A stretch of 64,000 bases of DNA from an uncultured Actinomycetales bacterium (GTDB lineage Bacteria; Actinomycetota; Actinomycetes; S36-B12): assembly GCA_913063435.1 (NCBI GenBank), contig CAJXYI010000006.1, forward strand, positions 3,147 through 67,146, in the 5' to 3' direction. Each line of letters starts with the position of its first letter. The stretch's first letter is position 1. Positions 49,030 through 59,168 of this stretch are shown here, piece by piece. The position numbers and the translations under genes are program-made. The notes under the pieces are model-generated. The model made no database searches. It had not been told where the DNA came from and saw only the letters and a list, made by a program, of their open reading frames with translations.

Positions 49030-49968
49030 ATGACCTCGAGCCGAGGCGTGACACCGCTCTCGATCATCGCCAACCTCATCCGTGGTGCACTGATCGGCGT
49101 CGCCGAGGTCATCCCCGGGGTCAGTGGCGGCACACTCGCCCTCATCGTCGGCATCTACGGCCGACTCATCGACGCCGGTGCGACTGTCATCCTCGCCGCG
49201 CGCCGACTGTTGCACGTCACCCGTGCCGAACCGGGCACCCGATCGGCCGGACGAACGTTCGCGTCCGCACCATGGGGGCTGCTGATCCCGGTCGGCATCG
49301 GCATGGGCGCTGCGGTCATCCTCGGCGCGCGATTCATCGAACCACTGCTCGATACCCATCCCGAGCAACTGCGTGCGGTGTTCTTCGGTCTCGTCGCCGC
49401 CGGGATCGTGGTGCCCGCGGGCATGGTCGCGCGGCTGGGCCGATGGCGCCCGGCCGAATACGTGCTTGCGCTCATCGCTGCCGGCGCCGCCTTCGCACTC
49501 ACCGGACTGCCCCCCACCGAGATCGCCGACCCCTCGCTGATCATCGTGTTCTTCGCCGCGGCGATCGCCGTGTGCGCGCTCGTGCTGCCCGGCGTCTCCG
49601 GGTCGTTCCTGCTGTTGTCGGTCGGCCTGTACGCGCCCACCATCGCGGCGGTCAACGACCGCAACGTCACCTATCTCGCGGTGTTCGGCCTCGGCGCTGT
49701 GCTCGGCCTGGCGGTGTTCGTGTCGGTGCTGCGCTGGCTGCTGATGAACCGACTGCGGGTGACGCTGGTGATCCTCAGTGGCTTGATGCTCGGATCCCTA
49801 CGCGCCCTGTGGCCGTGGCAGGACGACGATCGCGGGCTGCTCGCCCCGAGCGACAACGTGGCGCTCATCGGGGTGCTCGCGATCATCAGTGCCGCTGTCG
49901 TGCTCGGGCTCATCGCACTCGAGCGACGCTTCGGTGCCGATGAGTCCGATGCGGACCTCGTGCGCTGA
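49030..49968 (+). CDS. DUF368 family polytopic membrane protein
   Basis: The track ORF was trimmed to the ATG at 49030. The DUF368 signature VIPGVSGGTLALIVGIY occurs, with a second PGVSGSFLLL repeat. Confidence 0.75.
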   Translation: MTSSRGVTPLSIIANLIRGALIGVAEVIPGVSGGTLALIVGIYGRLIDAGATVILAARRLLHVTRAEPGTRSAGRTFASAPWGLLIPVGIGMGAAVILGARFIEPLLDTHPEQLRAVFFGLVAAGIVVPAGMVARLGRWRPAEYVLALIAAGAAFALTGLPPTEIADPSLIIVFFAAAIAVCALVLPGVSGSFLLLSVGLYAPTIAAVNDRNVTYLAVFGLGAVLGLAVFVSVLRWLLMNRLRVTLVILSGLMLGSLRALWPWQDDDRGLLAPSDNVALIGVLAIISAAVVLGLIALERRFGADESDADLVR

Positions 49969-49989
49969 TCAGACGAAGGAGTTTCGGAC

Positions 49990-50538
49990 CTAGAGGCCGA
50001 GGTCGGTGAGGGTGTAGGCGGCGCGGTACTCCAACCCCGCGGCCTCCACCGCGTCACGCGCCCCCCGATCGACGATCACGGCGACGCCGGCGATGTGGGC
50101 GCCGACCTCGCGCAGCGCCTCGACCGCGGCCAGCACCGATGATCCGGTCGTGGAGGTGTCCTCGACGGCGAGCACTCGACGCCCGGCGACATCGGGACCC
50201 TCGATACGCCGCTGCAGACCGTGGGCCTTGCCCTCCTTGCGCACCACGAACGCATCGAGCACCCGACCGTGCGATGCCGCCGATGCGTGCAGCATCGCGG
50301 TCGCGACGGGATCGGCCCCCAGCGTCAAACCCCCGACGGCGTCGAAGGTCCAGTCCTCGGTCAGATCGAGCATCACCCGACCGACGAGCGGTGCGGCGAC
50401 GGAATCGAGGGTGATGCGGCGCAGATCGATGTAGTAGTCGGCCTGCGCGCCGCTGGACAGGGTGACCGCACCGTGCACGACCGCCTTGTCCAGGATCTCC
50501 TCACGCAACGCACTCCAGGCGGGGGATTCCATGGGCAT
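49990..50538 (-). CDS. pyrE: orotate phosphoribosyltransferase
   Basis: PRPP-binding motif VLAVEDTSTTGSS. 182 aa. Confidence 0.92.
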   Translation of the reverse strand: MPMESPAWSALREEILDKAVVHGAVTLSSGAQADYYIDLRRITLDSVAAPLVGRVMLDLTEDWTFDAVGGLTLGADPVATAMLHASAASHGRVLDAFVVRKEGKAHGLQRRIEGPDVAGRRVLAVEDTSTTGSSVLAAVEALREVGAHIAGVAVIVDRGARDAVEAAGLEYRAAYTLTDLGL

Positions 50539-50552
50539 GGCCCCACCCTAGG

Positions 50553-51008
50553 GTGCGGTGCATGGACACGTCCTCGGTGGTGCTCACCGGTGATACGCCA
50601 GAAGGTGTCGCCGAAGCCATCCGCGCGTCGATTCCCGGTGCGATCAGCCTGCCGGACTTCGACGATGACGACGCCTGGGTCGCCCGCACCGCACTGGCGA
50701 CCACCGCAGCGGTCACGCAGGGCCTGCTGACACCACCGCTCCTACTCGTCATGTCAGGCGCGCTCGCACACCACGCGCCCGCCCTCGGGTTCGCCCAGCG
50801 TGCAGCACGGCGTGCAGTGCGCGGATACGTTTTGATCGATCCGCAGTTGCCGCGACCCGGTCAGGCCAGTGATTGGCCGGATGCACCGGTCATCGTCGTT
50901 CTCACCGATGCCGACGATCCGCGGGCACGCGATGCCCGCCTGCGCGGCTGGGAGGTCCTCACCGGCGATGCAGCGCATCTCGTCGCCGAGGTCGCCGCAC
51001 GACCCTGA
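50553..51008 (+). CDS. hypothetical protein
   Basis: 151-aa ORF with G/C-rich third codon positions consistent with coding sequence. No family recognised. The start could be the ATG at 50562. Confidence 0.4.
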   Translation: MRCMDTSSVVLTGDTPEGVAEAIRASIPGAISLPDFDDDDAWVARTALATTAAVTQGLLTPPLLLVMSGALAHHAPALGFAQRAARRAVRGYVLIDPQLPRPGQASDWPDAPVIVVLTDADDPRARDARLRGWEVLTGDAAHLVAEVAARP

Positions 51009-51058
51009 TCACCGGCTAGGCGACCCGAGTCATCGCTGGGAACCCGCCGAAAAGGTAG

Positions 51059-51076
51059 CGACCAAACAGGTAACTC
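51059..51076. repeat. family-3 half-copy
   Basis: CGACCAAACAGGTAACTC, compared with CGACCATTCAGGTAACTC in the right arm at 33951..33970. Only a single arm is present. Confidence 0.5.
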
Positions 51077-51092
51077 GCACGAGCGGGGGGTT

Positions 51093-51908
51093 CTACAGAA
51101 TGAAGAAGACGCTGCCCCGGCCCAGCAGCGGCTCCTCACCGAGATTCCCATAGAAGGACAATGAAACCTGGGCGCTATCGGTCGTGACGTCACTGGTGAT
51201 GGAGACCTCGAAGGAATAGTCGTCCACCGGCCAAGACGCGGACGTTTCCGTTCCCAGCGTGATCTCGAAAGTGCGGTCGGCACCAGCGAAGGGCGACATG
51301 TCCAGCACGATCCTGGCGGTCGTCGCGCTGGTCAGTGTCACCACCGCCGTCGTGAACGGCGGTGCGTCCTCGGCCTCGCTCGACATGTTCTGGATGTCCA
51401 TTGTCTGGTACTGCGGGTACGTCGGTGCATTGTCGATGAACAGGCTGCCCGCACCCTTCCCGGAAGTGAGGGGACCGGTCAGCCCCTTCACCCGCAACAC
51501 CAGCACTCCGTCGGTGAAGCGAGCTCGCTTGATGTCGACGATCTGACTGCGCTCGCCGGCGATCGAGATCGAAGCGTTGGGGGTCGAGGCCTTCAACCGC
51601 TTCGTCGCCGGAGTCCAGCCGAACTCCCTCAGCAACCCCCTCACACCGATCGGCGCCGCATCGCGGGCCGGGCGATCGGTGAATCGAGTCGCCCGTGGTC
51701 GGGTGACGACGACCTTCGCGATCGCTCCCTCGCCGGGGATCACCTCGATCCGCTGCGCATCCACGACGAACAGGTTCGACGTGGCCTCCACGTTCTCCAG
51801 TGCCGAAAGTGCCGAGGGTGTCGCGAGTGCCGAGGGCGCGAGAGCCACCGAAGTGGCGGCGAGCGATCCGATGATGAGGCCGGTCAAGGTCCGGGTGAGT
51901 CGACGCAT
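51093..51908 (-). CDS. secreted protein of unknown function, paralog B
   Basis: Signal peptide MRRLTRTLTGLIIGSLAATSVALAPSALA. The N-terminal core is paralogous to 48118..48897, sharing RFTDRPAR, LREFGWT and ISIAGERSQIVDIKRAR. Confidence 0.6.
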   Translation of the reverse strand: MRRLTRTLTGLIIGSLAATSVALAPSALATPSALSALENVEATSNLFVVDAQRIEVIPGEGAIAKVVVTRPRATRFTDRPARDAAPIGVRGLLREFGWTPATKRLKASTPNASISIAGERSQIVDIKRARFTDGVLVLRVKGLTGPLTSGKGAGSLFIDNAPTYPQYQTMDIQNMSSEAEDAPPFTTAVVTLTSATTARIVLDMSPFAGADRTFEITLGTETSASWPVDDYSFEVSITSDVTTDSAQVSLSFYGNLGEEPLLGRGSVFFIL

Positions 51909-51956
51909 ACGTCACTATGGCACCGCATGGGGTGGCGTTGCGACTCACATCGTCGC

Positions 51957-52733
51957 TCAGCGGGCCGGTCGACGTCCCGTCACCCGACGCACCACCGGGC
52001 GCGGCAGATAGCGCGTCGCGGCACCGAGGCTGCGATACAACGGGCCGGCGACACTGATCACCCGGCCGCGATCGGCATCGCGCAGTGCCTGCGCCACGAC
52101 ATCATCGACGCTCTGCCACATCCAGTCGGGCACGCCACCCATGCGCATCCCCGCGCGATCATGGAACTCGGTGCGGGTGTATCCCGGGCACACCGCCACG
52201 GCATGCACTCCGGTCCCCTCGAGGTCCAGCGAGAGTCCTTCGGTGAACGAGGTGACCCAGGCCTTGGCCGCGGAATACGTTCCACCGGGGATCCAGCCGG
52301 CGACGCTGCTGACGTTGATGATGCGGCCGCTGCGCCGCGCGACCATGCCGGGCACCGCAGCATGGGTCAGTCGCAGCACCGCGGTGACGAGCACATCGAG
52401 CATCGCCTGCTCGGCCGCGAGGTCCCCGTCGACGAACGACTGCGTGAGCCCGAAGCCAGCGTTGTTGACCAGCACCTCGATGGGCCGATCGGAATCAGCG
52501 AGGCGTTGCTCCACACGCGCCATTCCCGCCCGATCGGATAGGTCCGCGGCAAGGACCTCCACCTCGCGACCGGCGGCACGCCAGCGCTGCGCGAGTTGCT
52601 CGAGGCGCTGCTCATCGCGGGCGACTAGGACCAGGTCATCACCCCGGGAACCGAACGCCTCGACGAATCCGGCTCCGATCCCGGCTGTCGCCCCGGTGAC
52701 CAGTGCCCGACCCCCGACGTGTGCTCGACCCAT
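51957..52733 (-). CDS. short-chain dehydrogenase/reductase (SDR)
   Basis: The track ORF was trimmed to the ATG at 52733. Cofactor motif TGATAGIG and active site YSAAK. Confidence 0.88.
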   Translation of the reverse strand: MGRAHVGGRALVTGATAGIGAGFVEAFGSRGDDLVLVARDEQRLEQLAQRWRAAGREVEVLAADLSDRAGMARVEQRLADSDRPIEVLVNNAGFGLTQSFVDGDLAAEQAMLDVLVTAVLRLTHAAVPGMVARRSGRIINVSSVAGWIPGGTYSAAKAWVTSFTEGLSLDLEGTGVHAVAVCPGYTRTEFHDRAGMRMGGVPDWMWQSVDDVVAQALRDADRGRVISVAGPLYRSLGAATRYLPRPVVRRVTGRRPAR

Positions 52734-52805
52734 CCCGTGCTCCCCTCGCTCTCCCGGTGAATTCCCAGCCGCTGGCTTCGACTCCACTCGAGCGTCTCAC
52801 GTACT

Positions 52806-54356
52806 GTGCTGAGCATGCGGATCCGCCGGGCGACATCGGCCCTGCTCGCCGGTGCCCTGGTCACCGGTCTGCTCGGGGTGGCATCGGCATCCGCGCAGGC
52901 CGGCTCCCCGACCGCCGGCGAATCGGTGAGCGGTGCTGCGGCGAGGGACGCGCAGACGCTGATCGGGCCGCAGGTCGTCAATGGCCGCCTCGGCGACCCC
53001 CGCGCGTTCCCGTCGCTTGTCGCCATCGCCGATCGGGCCCGATACCTCGACTCCGGACTGTATGACGCGCAGGTGTGCGGGGGAACCGCCGTCACCACGA
53101 CGTTGATCATCACCGCCGCACACTGCGTATTCGAAGGCGGCCGCACCACCTCGGCCAATCAGATCGTGGTCGCTCGCACACCCTCGGGTGCGCTGACCGA
53201 CCCGCAAACCCAGGTCGTGACGGTCAGATCCATCACCGTCAATCCCGACTACGACGAGCGCACTCAGGCCGGTGACATCGCCGTGCTCGACCTGCGCGTA
53301 CCCCTCGAGGGCATCGAACCGCTGCTGCCCGCACTACCGGGCGAGGATGCGCTGCTCACCCCCGGCGGCGCACCCGCCGCCGTCGCCGGGTGGGGCGCCA
53401 CCACGGGCAGCGGTCGCAACTTCCCCGATCGATTCCGTGTCGGCGATCTCACGGTGTTCCCCGAGTCCGCCTGCGGAGGAGGTCGGGACTACACGATCGA
53501 GGGGGTGACGTTCTTCGGCTACGGGCCAGGTGACGTCGATCCCGAGGTCATGCTGTGCGCGGACGGAGTCCGCAATGGCGCCATCGTCGACAGCTGCATC
53601 GGTGATTCCGGTGGCCCACTGATCGCCGGAACCGCAGACGAACGCCGGCTGGTCGGAGTCGTGAGTTGGGGCCCGCAACGGTGCGCCAGCACGTTCTCCG
53701 GGGTCTATACCCGCGTCTCAGCGTTCACCTCGTTCCTGCGTGCTCAGGGCGTGCCCTTCGCGCCCACACCCACCGATGCCCCCAGCCCCCCGACCATCGT
53801 GAATGCCACGGTGACGCCGACAGCGGCGAGCGTCACCGTCGAGCCAGCCGACACCGGTGCAGCGCCCACCTCGTATCGCGTGACCGCTCGCGATGCCGGT
53901 GGTCGCACCGCATCCTGTGCCATGCCGGCGCCCCAGGCTGGCGAGGCGCCCGCCACATGCACGCTGACCAACCTGCGTACTGCTCGTCGCTACACCGTCA
54001 CCGCGATCGCGCTCACAAACTCGATCGCCTCCGAGCCCTCCGCGCCCGTCACGGTCAAACCCGCCGACCGGCCACGTCGTCCGCGCATCGCCGATGTCGA
54101 GGTCTTACGCGGCGGGGTCGCGGTATTCGATGTGCAGCGCCTACGGGCGAATGGTTCGGCATTCACCAAGAAACTCGTCGTGTGCGTCCCCGCGAACCGA
54201 CGGTCGGGCCTGCCCAAGCGGATGGGGGATATCGGTGCCCGAGGCATCACCATCGTCACCGGCCTGCGTACCGGAGCCGACTACGTCTGCCGGGCTCGGG
54301 TGGCCAATGCCGTGGGGGCGCAACGCTCATCTGCGGTAACCCTGCGCGCGCGGTGA
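52806..54356 (+). CDS. secreted trypsin-like (S1) serine protease with C-terminal FN3-like repeats
   Basis: Signal peptide, catalytic triad contexts TAAHC, DIAVLDL and GDSGGPL, then two ~90-aa beta-rich repeats. Confidence 0.85.
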   Translation: MLSMRIRRATSALLAGALVTGLLGVASASAQAGSPTAGESVSGAAARDAQTLIGPQVVNGRLGDPRAFPSLVAIADRARYLDSGLYDAQVCGGTAVTTTLIITAAHCVFEGGRTTSANQIVVARTPSGALTDPQTQVVTVRSITVNPDYDERTQAGDIAVLDLRVPLEGIEPLLPALPGEDALLTPGGAPAAVAGWGATTGSGRNFPDRFRVGDLTVFPESACGGGRDYTIEGVTFFGYGPGDVDPEVMLCADGVRNGAIVDSCIGDSGGPLIAGTADERRLVGVVSWGPQRCASTFSGVYTRVSAFTSFLRAQGVPFAPTPTDAPSPPTIVNATVTPTAASVTVEPADTGAAPTSYRVTARDAGGRTASCAMPAPQAGEAPATCTLTNLRTARRYTVTAIALTNSIASEPSAPVTVKPADRPRRPRIADVEVLRGGVAVFDVQRLRANGSAFTKKLVVCVPANRRSGLPKRMGDIGARGITIVTGLRTGADYVCRARVANAVGAQRSSAVTLRAR

Positions 54357-54381
54357 TGCCGCGGGTCTAGGCTGGCGCCCC

Positions 54382-55350
54382 ATGCGAGCCGCCCTGTATC
54401 GACGTCACGGTGCCTCCTCGGTCATCGAGGTGGCCGAAGTCTCCACCCCGGGCCCCGGGCCTGGCGAGGTGCGGGTGCGGCTGTCCACCGCCGGGGTCAA
54501 CCCCACCGACTGGAAGGTTCGAGAGAACGGCACCGGCTTGGCCTATGACTTCCAGATCCCCTGCCATGACGGTGGTGGTGTGATCGAGGCCGTGGGTTCG
54601 GGTGTCGATCCGGCTCGCATCGGTGAGCGGGTGTGGATCTATCTGGCCGCTCATCAACGCCAGTGGGGAACGTGCGCGGAATACACGGTGATCCCAGCAC
54701 GTCAGGCGATCGCCCTGCCCGAGGGAATCGACTTCGACCAGGCTGCCGGACTCGGCGTTCCCTATCTCACCGCCCACGCCTGCCTGTTCGCCGATGGTCC
54801 GATCGACGGCACCACGATCTTGATCGCCGGTGGTGCAGGGGCGGTCGGGAATGCAGCGATCCAGATCGCGGTACGCGCCGGTGCCCACGTGATCACCACG
54901 GTGAGTTCACCGGCCAAGGCGAAGATCGCTGCGGCTGCGGGAGCCCATGTGATCGTCGATTACCGCGAGGATGACGCTGCGGCTGCGATCCGGGCGGCCG
55001 CCCAGGCCGGAGTCGATCGGGTCATCGAGGTGGCACTCGGTGCGAACCTGGAGTTGGACCTCGCGGTGATCGCCCCGCACGGGTCGATCGTGACCTACGC
55101 CTCCGAACCCTCCGATCCCACCATCCCCGTTCGCGCCCTGATGACCGCGAACGTCAACCTGCGCTTCATGCTCCTGTATGGCTTCACCCCGGCGATGCTC
55201 GCCGCCGGCATCGCCGATGTCACCGATGGGCTCGCCGAAGGTGTGTACACATCACTGCCGCTCACCCGATTCGATCTCGAGCAGGCCGCTGCGGCGCAAG
55301 ATGCCGTTCAGGCCAACGCGGTGGGCAAGGTCATCATCGATCTTCCCTGA
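54382..55350 (+). CDS. NADPH:quinone reductase / zinc-independent MDR oxidoreductase
   Basis: MDR fold with the nucleotide motif AGGAGAVGNAAIQIA. 322 aa. Confidence 0.85.
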   Translation: MRAALYRRHGASSVIEVAEVSTPGPGPGEVRVRLSTAGVNPTDWKVRENGTGLAYDFQIPCHDGGGVIEAVGSGVDPARIGERVWIYLAAHQRQWGTCAEYTVIPARQAIALPEGIDFDQAAGLGVPYLTAHACLFADGPIDGTTILIAGGAGAVGNAAIQIAVRAGAHVITTVSSPAKAKIAAAAGAHVIVDYREDDAAAAIRAAAQAGVDRVIEVALGANLELDLAVIAPHGSIVTYASEPSDPTIPVRALMTANVNLRFMLLYGFTPAMLAAGIADVTDGLAEGVYTSLPLTRFDLEQAAAAQDAVQANAVGKVIIDLP

Positions 55351-55378
55351 CCTCTCGCGACCCTGACAGGATGGTGTC

Positions 55379-56611
55379 GTGAAGACGATCACCACCGAGC
55401 AGTTGCGGGGCATCCTGCACGATCTGCCCGATAACCCTCGCATCGTCAGCTCCGGCAACTTCGCGATGCCGAACACCGTGCTCGGGATCATCGACGAGGT
55501 AGTCCCCCGGTATCGGTTGAACATGCTCAACGCCCAGCCCGGTGTTCCCGATCGTGACGGGGTGACCCACGAGACGATCTTCGTCGGTCCGGGAGTGCGC
55601 AGCAATCCCCGCTTGGAATACACCCCGTGTCGGTTGAGCCTCGGGCCGATCCTGTTCCGGGACGAGCATCGGCCCGACGTCGTCGTCATCCACACCTCCG
55701 CCCCGCGCTTCGACACCGTCAGCCTGGGCATCGAGGTCAATGTGCTGCCCGCCGCGATCGAAGTGGCCCGCGAGCACGGGGCGATCGTCATCGCTCAAGC
55801 GAATGAACGCATGCCCTACACCTATGGCGATGCACAGATCTATGACTCCGAGATCGACTACCTCATCGAGGTCGATGAGCCGATCGCCACCCATGAGCCA
55901 GGTGACCCGGGCGATGTCGCGCGTTCGATCGGCGAGCGCATCGCGGATCTGGTGGCCGATGGTTCGACATTGCAGTTGGGTATCGGCGCCATCCCGGACG
56001 CGGTGCTGCGAGAACTCACCTCACATCGTGGTCTACGCATCTGGACGGAGATGTTCTCCGACGGCGTGCTTGCTCTCGATGCCGCGGGATGCCTTGACGG
56101 AGATATTCCGCTCACCGCATCGTTTCTCTTCGGTAGTGAGAACCTCTATGACTTCGTGCACCTCAACCGGCGCGTACGCATGCTGCGTACGGAGAACACC
56201 AATGACCCCGGTCGCATCGCGCGGCAACGTCAGATGACGAGCGTGAACTCCGCGCTGCAGGTCGATCTATTCGATCAGGCGAATGCCAGTCGTATCCGCG
56301 GACGCATCTTCTCCGGCTTCGGCGGTTCGGTCGACTTCATCGAGGGTGCTCTGCACTCCCGTGGTGGTGCGGCGTACATCGCGCTGCCTTCGTGGCATCC
56401 GAAGGCCGGAGTCTCGACGATCGTGCCACGCATCACCGAGCCGCTGACGTCGTTCCAGCACAGCGCTGTGGTGACCGAACACGGCGTGGCGCCGGCGTTC
56501 GGCCATAGCGAGCACGAGCAGGCCCGGGCCATCATCGAGTCGGCAGCGCACCCCGATGCGCGCGACGGCCTGCGTGAGGCTGCCGGGCAGATGGGGCTGC
56601 TGGCGACCTGA
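55379..56611 (+). CDS. acetyl-CoA hydrolase/transferase family protein
   Basis: 410 aa. The family is recognised from the GSTLQLGIGAIPDAV and SGFGGSVDF blocks. GTG start. Confidence 0.8.
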   Translation: MKTITTEQLRGILHDLPDNPRIVSSGNFAMPNTVLGIIDEVVPRYRLNMLNAQPGVPDRDGVTHETIFVGPGVRSNPRLEYTPCRLSLGPILFRDEHRPDVVVIHTSAPRFDTVSLGIEVNVLPAAIEVAREHGAIVIAQANERMPYTYGDAQIYDSEIDYLIEVDEPIATHEPGDPGDVARSIGERIADLVADGSTLQLGIGAIPDAVLRELTSHRGLRIWTEMFSDGVLALDAAGCLDGDIPLTASFLFGSENLYDFVHLNRRVRMLRTENTNDPGRIARQRQMTSVNSALQVDLFDQANASRIRGRIFSGFGGSVDFIEGALHSRGGAAYIALPSWHPKAGVSTIVPRITEPLTSFQHSAVVTEHGVAPAFGHSEHEQARAIIESAAHPDARDGLREAAGQMGLLAT

Positions 56612-56627
56612 CCCCTACGCTGCCTCC

Positions 56628-57599
56628 ATGCGCATCGTCGTCACGGGGGGTGCCGGATTCATCGGCTCGCACTATGTGCGCCGCCTGTTGACCGGTGCGA
56701 GTTCACTCGTTCCCGAGCAGGTCGTCGTACTCGACAAGCTCACCTATGCGGGCAATCTCGCCAATCTCGATCCGGTTGCCGATGATCCACGATTGCAGGT
56801 CACCGTCGGTGACATCTGCGATGCCGATGTGCTCGATCAGGTGCTGCCCGGTGCCGATGTGGTGGTGAACTTCGCAGCCGAAACCCACGTCGACCGGTCG
56901 ATCCACGGCCCCGCGGACTTCATTCTCACCAACGTCGTCGGAGCCCAGACACTGTTCGATGCCTGCCTGCGGCATGCGACACCGCGCGTGGTGCATATCG
57001 GCACCGACGAGGTGTACGGCTCGATCGAATCAGGGTCGTGGACCGAAGACTCACCGCTGCTGCCCAACTCCCCGTATTCGGCGGCGAAGGCCTCGGCGGA
57101 ACTGCTCGTGCGTGCCTATCACCGCACCTTCGACCTGAACATCTCCAGCACGCGGTGCTCCAACAACTACGGGCCCTATCAGTTTCCCGAGAAGGTCATC
57201 CCCCTGTTCGTGACGAATCTCATCCGGGGCCGACGAGTGCCGCTATATGGCGATGGGCGCAACGTGCGTGACTGGCTTCACGTCGATGATCACTGCGCCG
57301 GCATCGACATCGTGGTGCAACGCGGCGAGGCCGGGGCGGCCTACAACATCGGCGGCGGCGAGGAGTTGTCGAACGTCGAACTCACTCGAGCGATCTGCGA
57401 TGCGATGGGCGTGGCCTGGGGCGACGTCGTGGAGCACGTCCCCGACCGACTCGGTCATGACCTGCGCTACAGCGTCGATGATTCCCGGCTACGTGCCCTG
57501 GGTTACTCCCCGAAGCGGACCTTCGCAGAGGGTCTCGCTGAGACGATCGAGTGGTACCGGGCCAACGAGTCCTGGTGGATGCCACTCGTCAGCCGCTGA
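56628..57599 (+). CDS. rfbB: dTDP-glucose 4,6-dehydratase
   Basis: The track ORF was trimmed to the ATG at 56628 (MRIVVTGGAGFIGS). Catalytic YSAAK. Extended-SDR length of 323 aa. Confidence 0.92.
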   Translation: MRIVVTGGAGFIGSHYVRRLLTGASSLVPEQVVVLDKLTYAGNLANLDPVADDPRLQVTVGDICDADVLDQVLPGADVVVNFAAETHVDRSIHGPADFILTNVVGAQTLFDACLRHATPRVVHIGTDEVYGSIESGSWTEDSPLLPNSPYSAAKASAELLVRAYHRTFDLNISSTRCSNNYGPYQFPEKVIPLFVTNLIRGRRVPLYGDGRNVRDWLHVDDHCAGIDIVVQRGEAGAAYNIGGGEELSNVELTRAICDAMGVAWGDVVEHVPDRLGHDLRYSVDDSRLRALGYSPKRTFAEGLAETIEWYRANESWWMPLVSR

Positions 57600-57683
57600 C
57601 AATCGCCTCGCTCATCGGCACGCCGATGGTGAAGACGATGATTGTGAACGCACGGTGAACGCCGAGGTGACATTCTGGGCAAC

Positions 57684-59168
57684 GTGAGCACCACGGTGTC
57701 CGATGGGAAGACCTTCATGGGTCAACCGCGTGCGTTGGCCACCCTGTTCCTCACCGAGATGTGGGAGCGGTTCTCCTATTACGGCATGCGCGCCATCCTG
57801 GTGCTGTATCTCATCGCCCCGCTCGATGGACAGACTCCGCCGGGGCAGGGACTGGGCTTCACGTTGCCGGTGGCTGCGGCAATCTATGGCGCCTACTCGT
57901 CCCTGATCTATCTGCTCCCGATCGCCGGTGGCTGGGTCGCCGATCGACTCACCGGTCCCCGCCGTGCGGTGCTGTCCGGCGGCATCGTCATCGCGCTCGG
58001 CCACTTCACGATGGCGGTGCCGATCGAGGTCATGTTCTGGATCGGCCTCGTCGCGGTCGCCATCGGGACCGGCCTGCTCAAGCCGAGCATCTCCGCGATT
58101 GTGGGCGACCTCTACGCCCCGCATGACACCCGCCGTGATGGCGGTTTCTCGCTGTTCTACATGGGCATCAACCTCGGTGCGTTCATCGCCCCGCTCGTGG
58201 TGGGTTTCCTGGCCGATTCGGTGAGCTACCACGTGGCCTTCGCCGCAGCCGGGGTCGGCATGCTGATCGGTCTCATCCAATACGTCGCCGGTGGCAAGGG
58301 GATGGGCGAGGCCGGCAAAGCCGTCCCGAAGCCCGCGACCCCGAAGGAGAAGTCCGGCGCCTCGCGGTTGCTCGTACTCGTCGTGGTCGGTGTCGCCGCA
58401 GTCCTGGTCGTCGACGTGGTGTTCTTCGGCTTCTCCGCCCAGGTCATCACGATCGCGTTGAGCATCACCGTGATCGGTGTCGCAGTGATCTATTTCCTCC
58501 GGCTGTTCCGCAACCCCGACCTCACCCCGATCGATCGTGAGCGCGTCAAAGCCTTCGCCTATCTGTTCATCGCCGCGGCGGTGTTCTGGGCGATCTATGA
58601 CCAGAGCGGCTCGACGCTGACCGAATTCGCCCAGCAGTTCTCCAACCGAGACATCGGGTCCTTCGTGCTGCCGGTGGCGTGGCTGCAGTCGATCAATCCG
58701 ATCTTCATCATCATCTTCGCCCCGATCTTCGCCGCGCTGTGGACCAGGCTCGCCGACCGGGCGCCCTCGACTCCGGCGAAGTTCGCCATCGCGCTGTTCG
58801 GCGTGGGCCTGTCGTTCCTGATCATGATTCCCCCGGCGATGGCGGCCGACAGCGGACAGGAATCCGCGGTGTGGTGGCTGGTCGGGGTGTACCTCGTGCA
58901 GACGTGGTCGGAATTGCTGCTCAGCCCCAATGGTCTGTCAGCCACGACGAAACTCGCTCCCGCCGGCTTGCTCAGCCAGATGCTCGCCCTGTGGTTCCTC
59001 GCCACGGCCGTGGGTGATTCCGTCGGTGGACAGTTGGTCAGCCTGGTCGACGTGGTCGGCTACGGCTGGTACTTCGCGATCCTGGGCCTGGCAACCGTCG
59101 GCATCGCGGTGGCGTTCACGTTTATCGTGCGAAAGATCAAGTCGCTGATGGAGGGCGTCGATCAGTAA
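57684..59168 (+). CDS. dtpT: POT/PTR2 family di-/tripeptide:proton symporter
   Basis: PTR2 signatures ERFSYYGMRAIL and GGWVADR in a 14-TM-type MFS protein. GTG start. Confidence 0.9.
   Translation: MSTTVSDGKTFMGQPRALATLFLTEMWERFSYYGMRAILVLYLIAPLDGQTPPGQGLGFTLPVAAAIYGAYSSLIYLLPIAGGWVADRLTGPRRAVLSGGIVIALGHFTMAVPIEVMFWIGLVAVAIGTGLLKPSISAIVGDLYAPHDTRRDGGFSLFYMGINLGAFIAPLVVGFLADSVSYHVAFAAAGVGMLIGLIQYVAGGKGMGEAGKAVPKPATPKEKSGASRLLVLVVVGVAAVLVVDVVFFGFSAQVITIALSITVIGVAVIYFLRLFRNPDLTPIDRERVKAFAYLFIAAAVFWAIYDQSGSTLTEFAQQFSNRDIGSFVLPVAWLQSINPIFIIIFAPIFAALWTRLADRAPSTPAKFAIALFGVGLSFLIMIPPAMAADSGQESAVWWLVGVYLVQTWSELLLSPNGLSATTKLAPAGLLSQMLALWFLATAVGDSVGGQLVSLVDVVGYGWYFAILGLATVGIAVAFTFIVRKIKSLMEGVDQ

Noticed and set aside
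50553-51008. Assigning the 151-aa ORF to the alpha/beta-hydrolase family.
   Set aside because: There is no GxSxG nucleophile elbow or His/Asp context. The resemblance is limited to a hydrophobic beta-strand pattern, so it is left as hypothetical.
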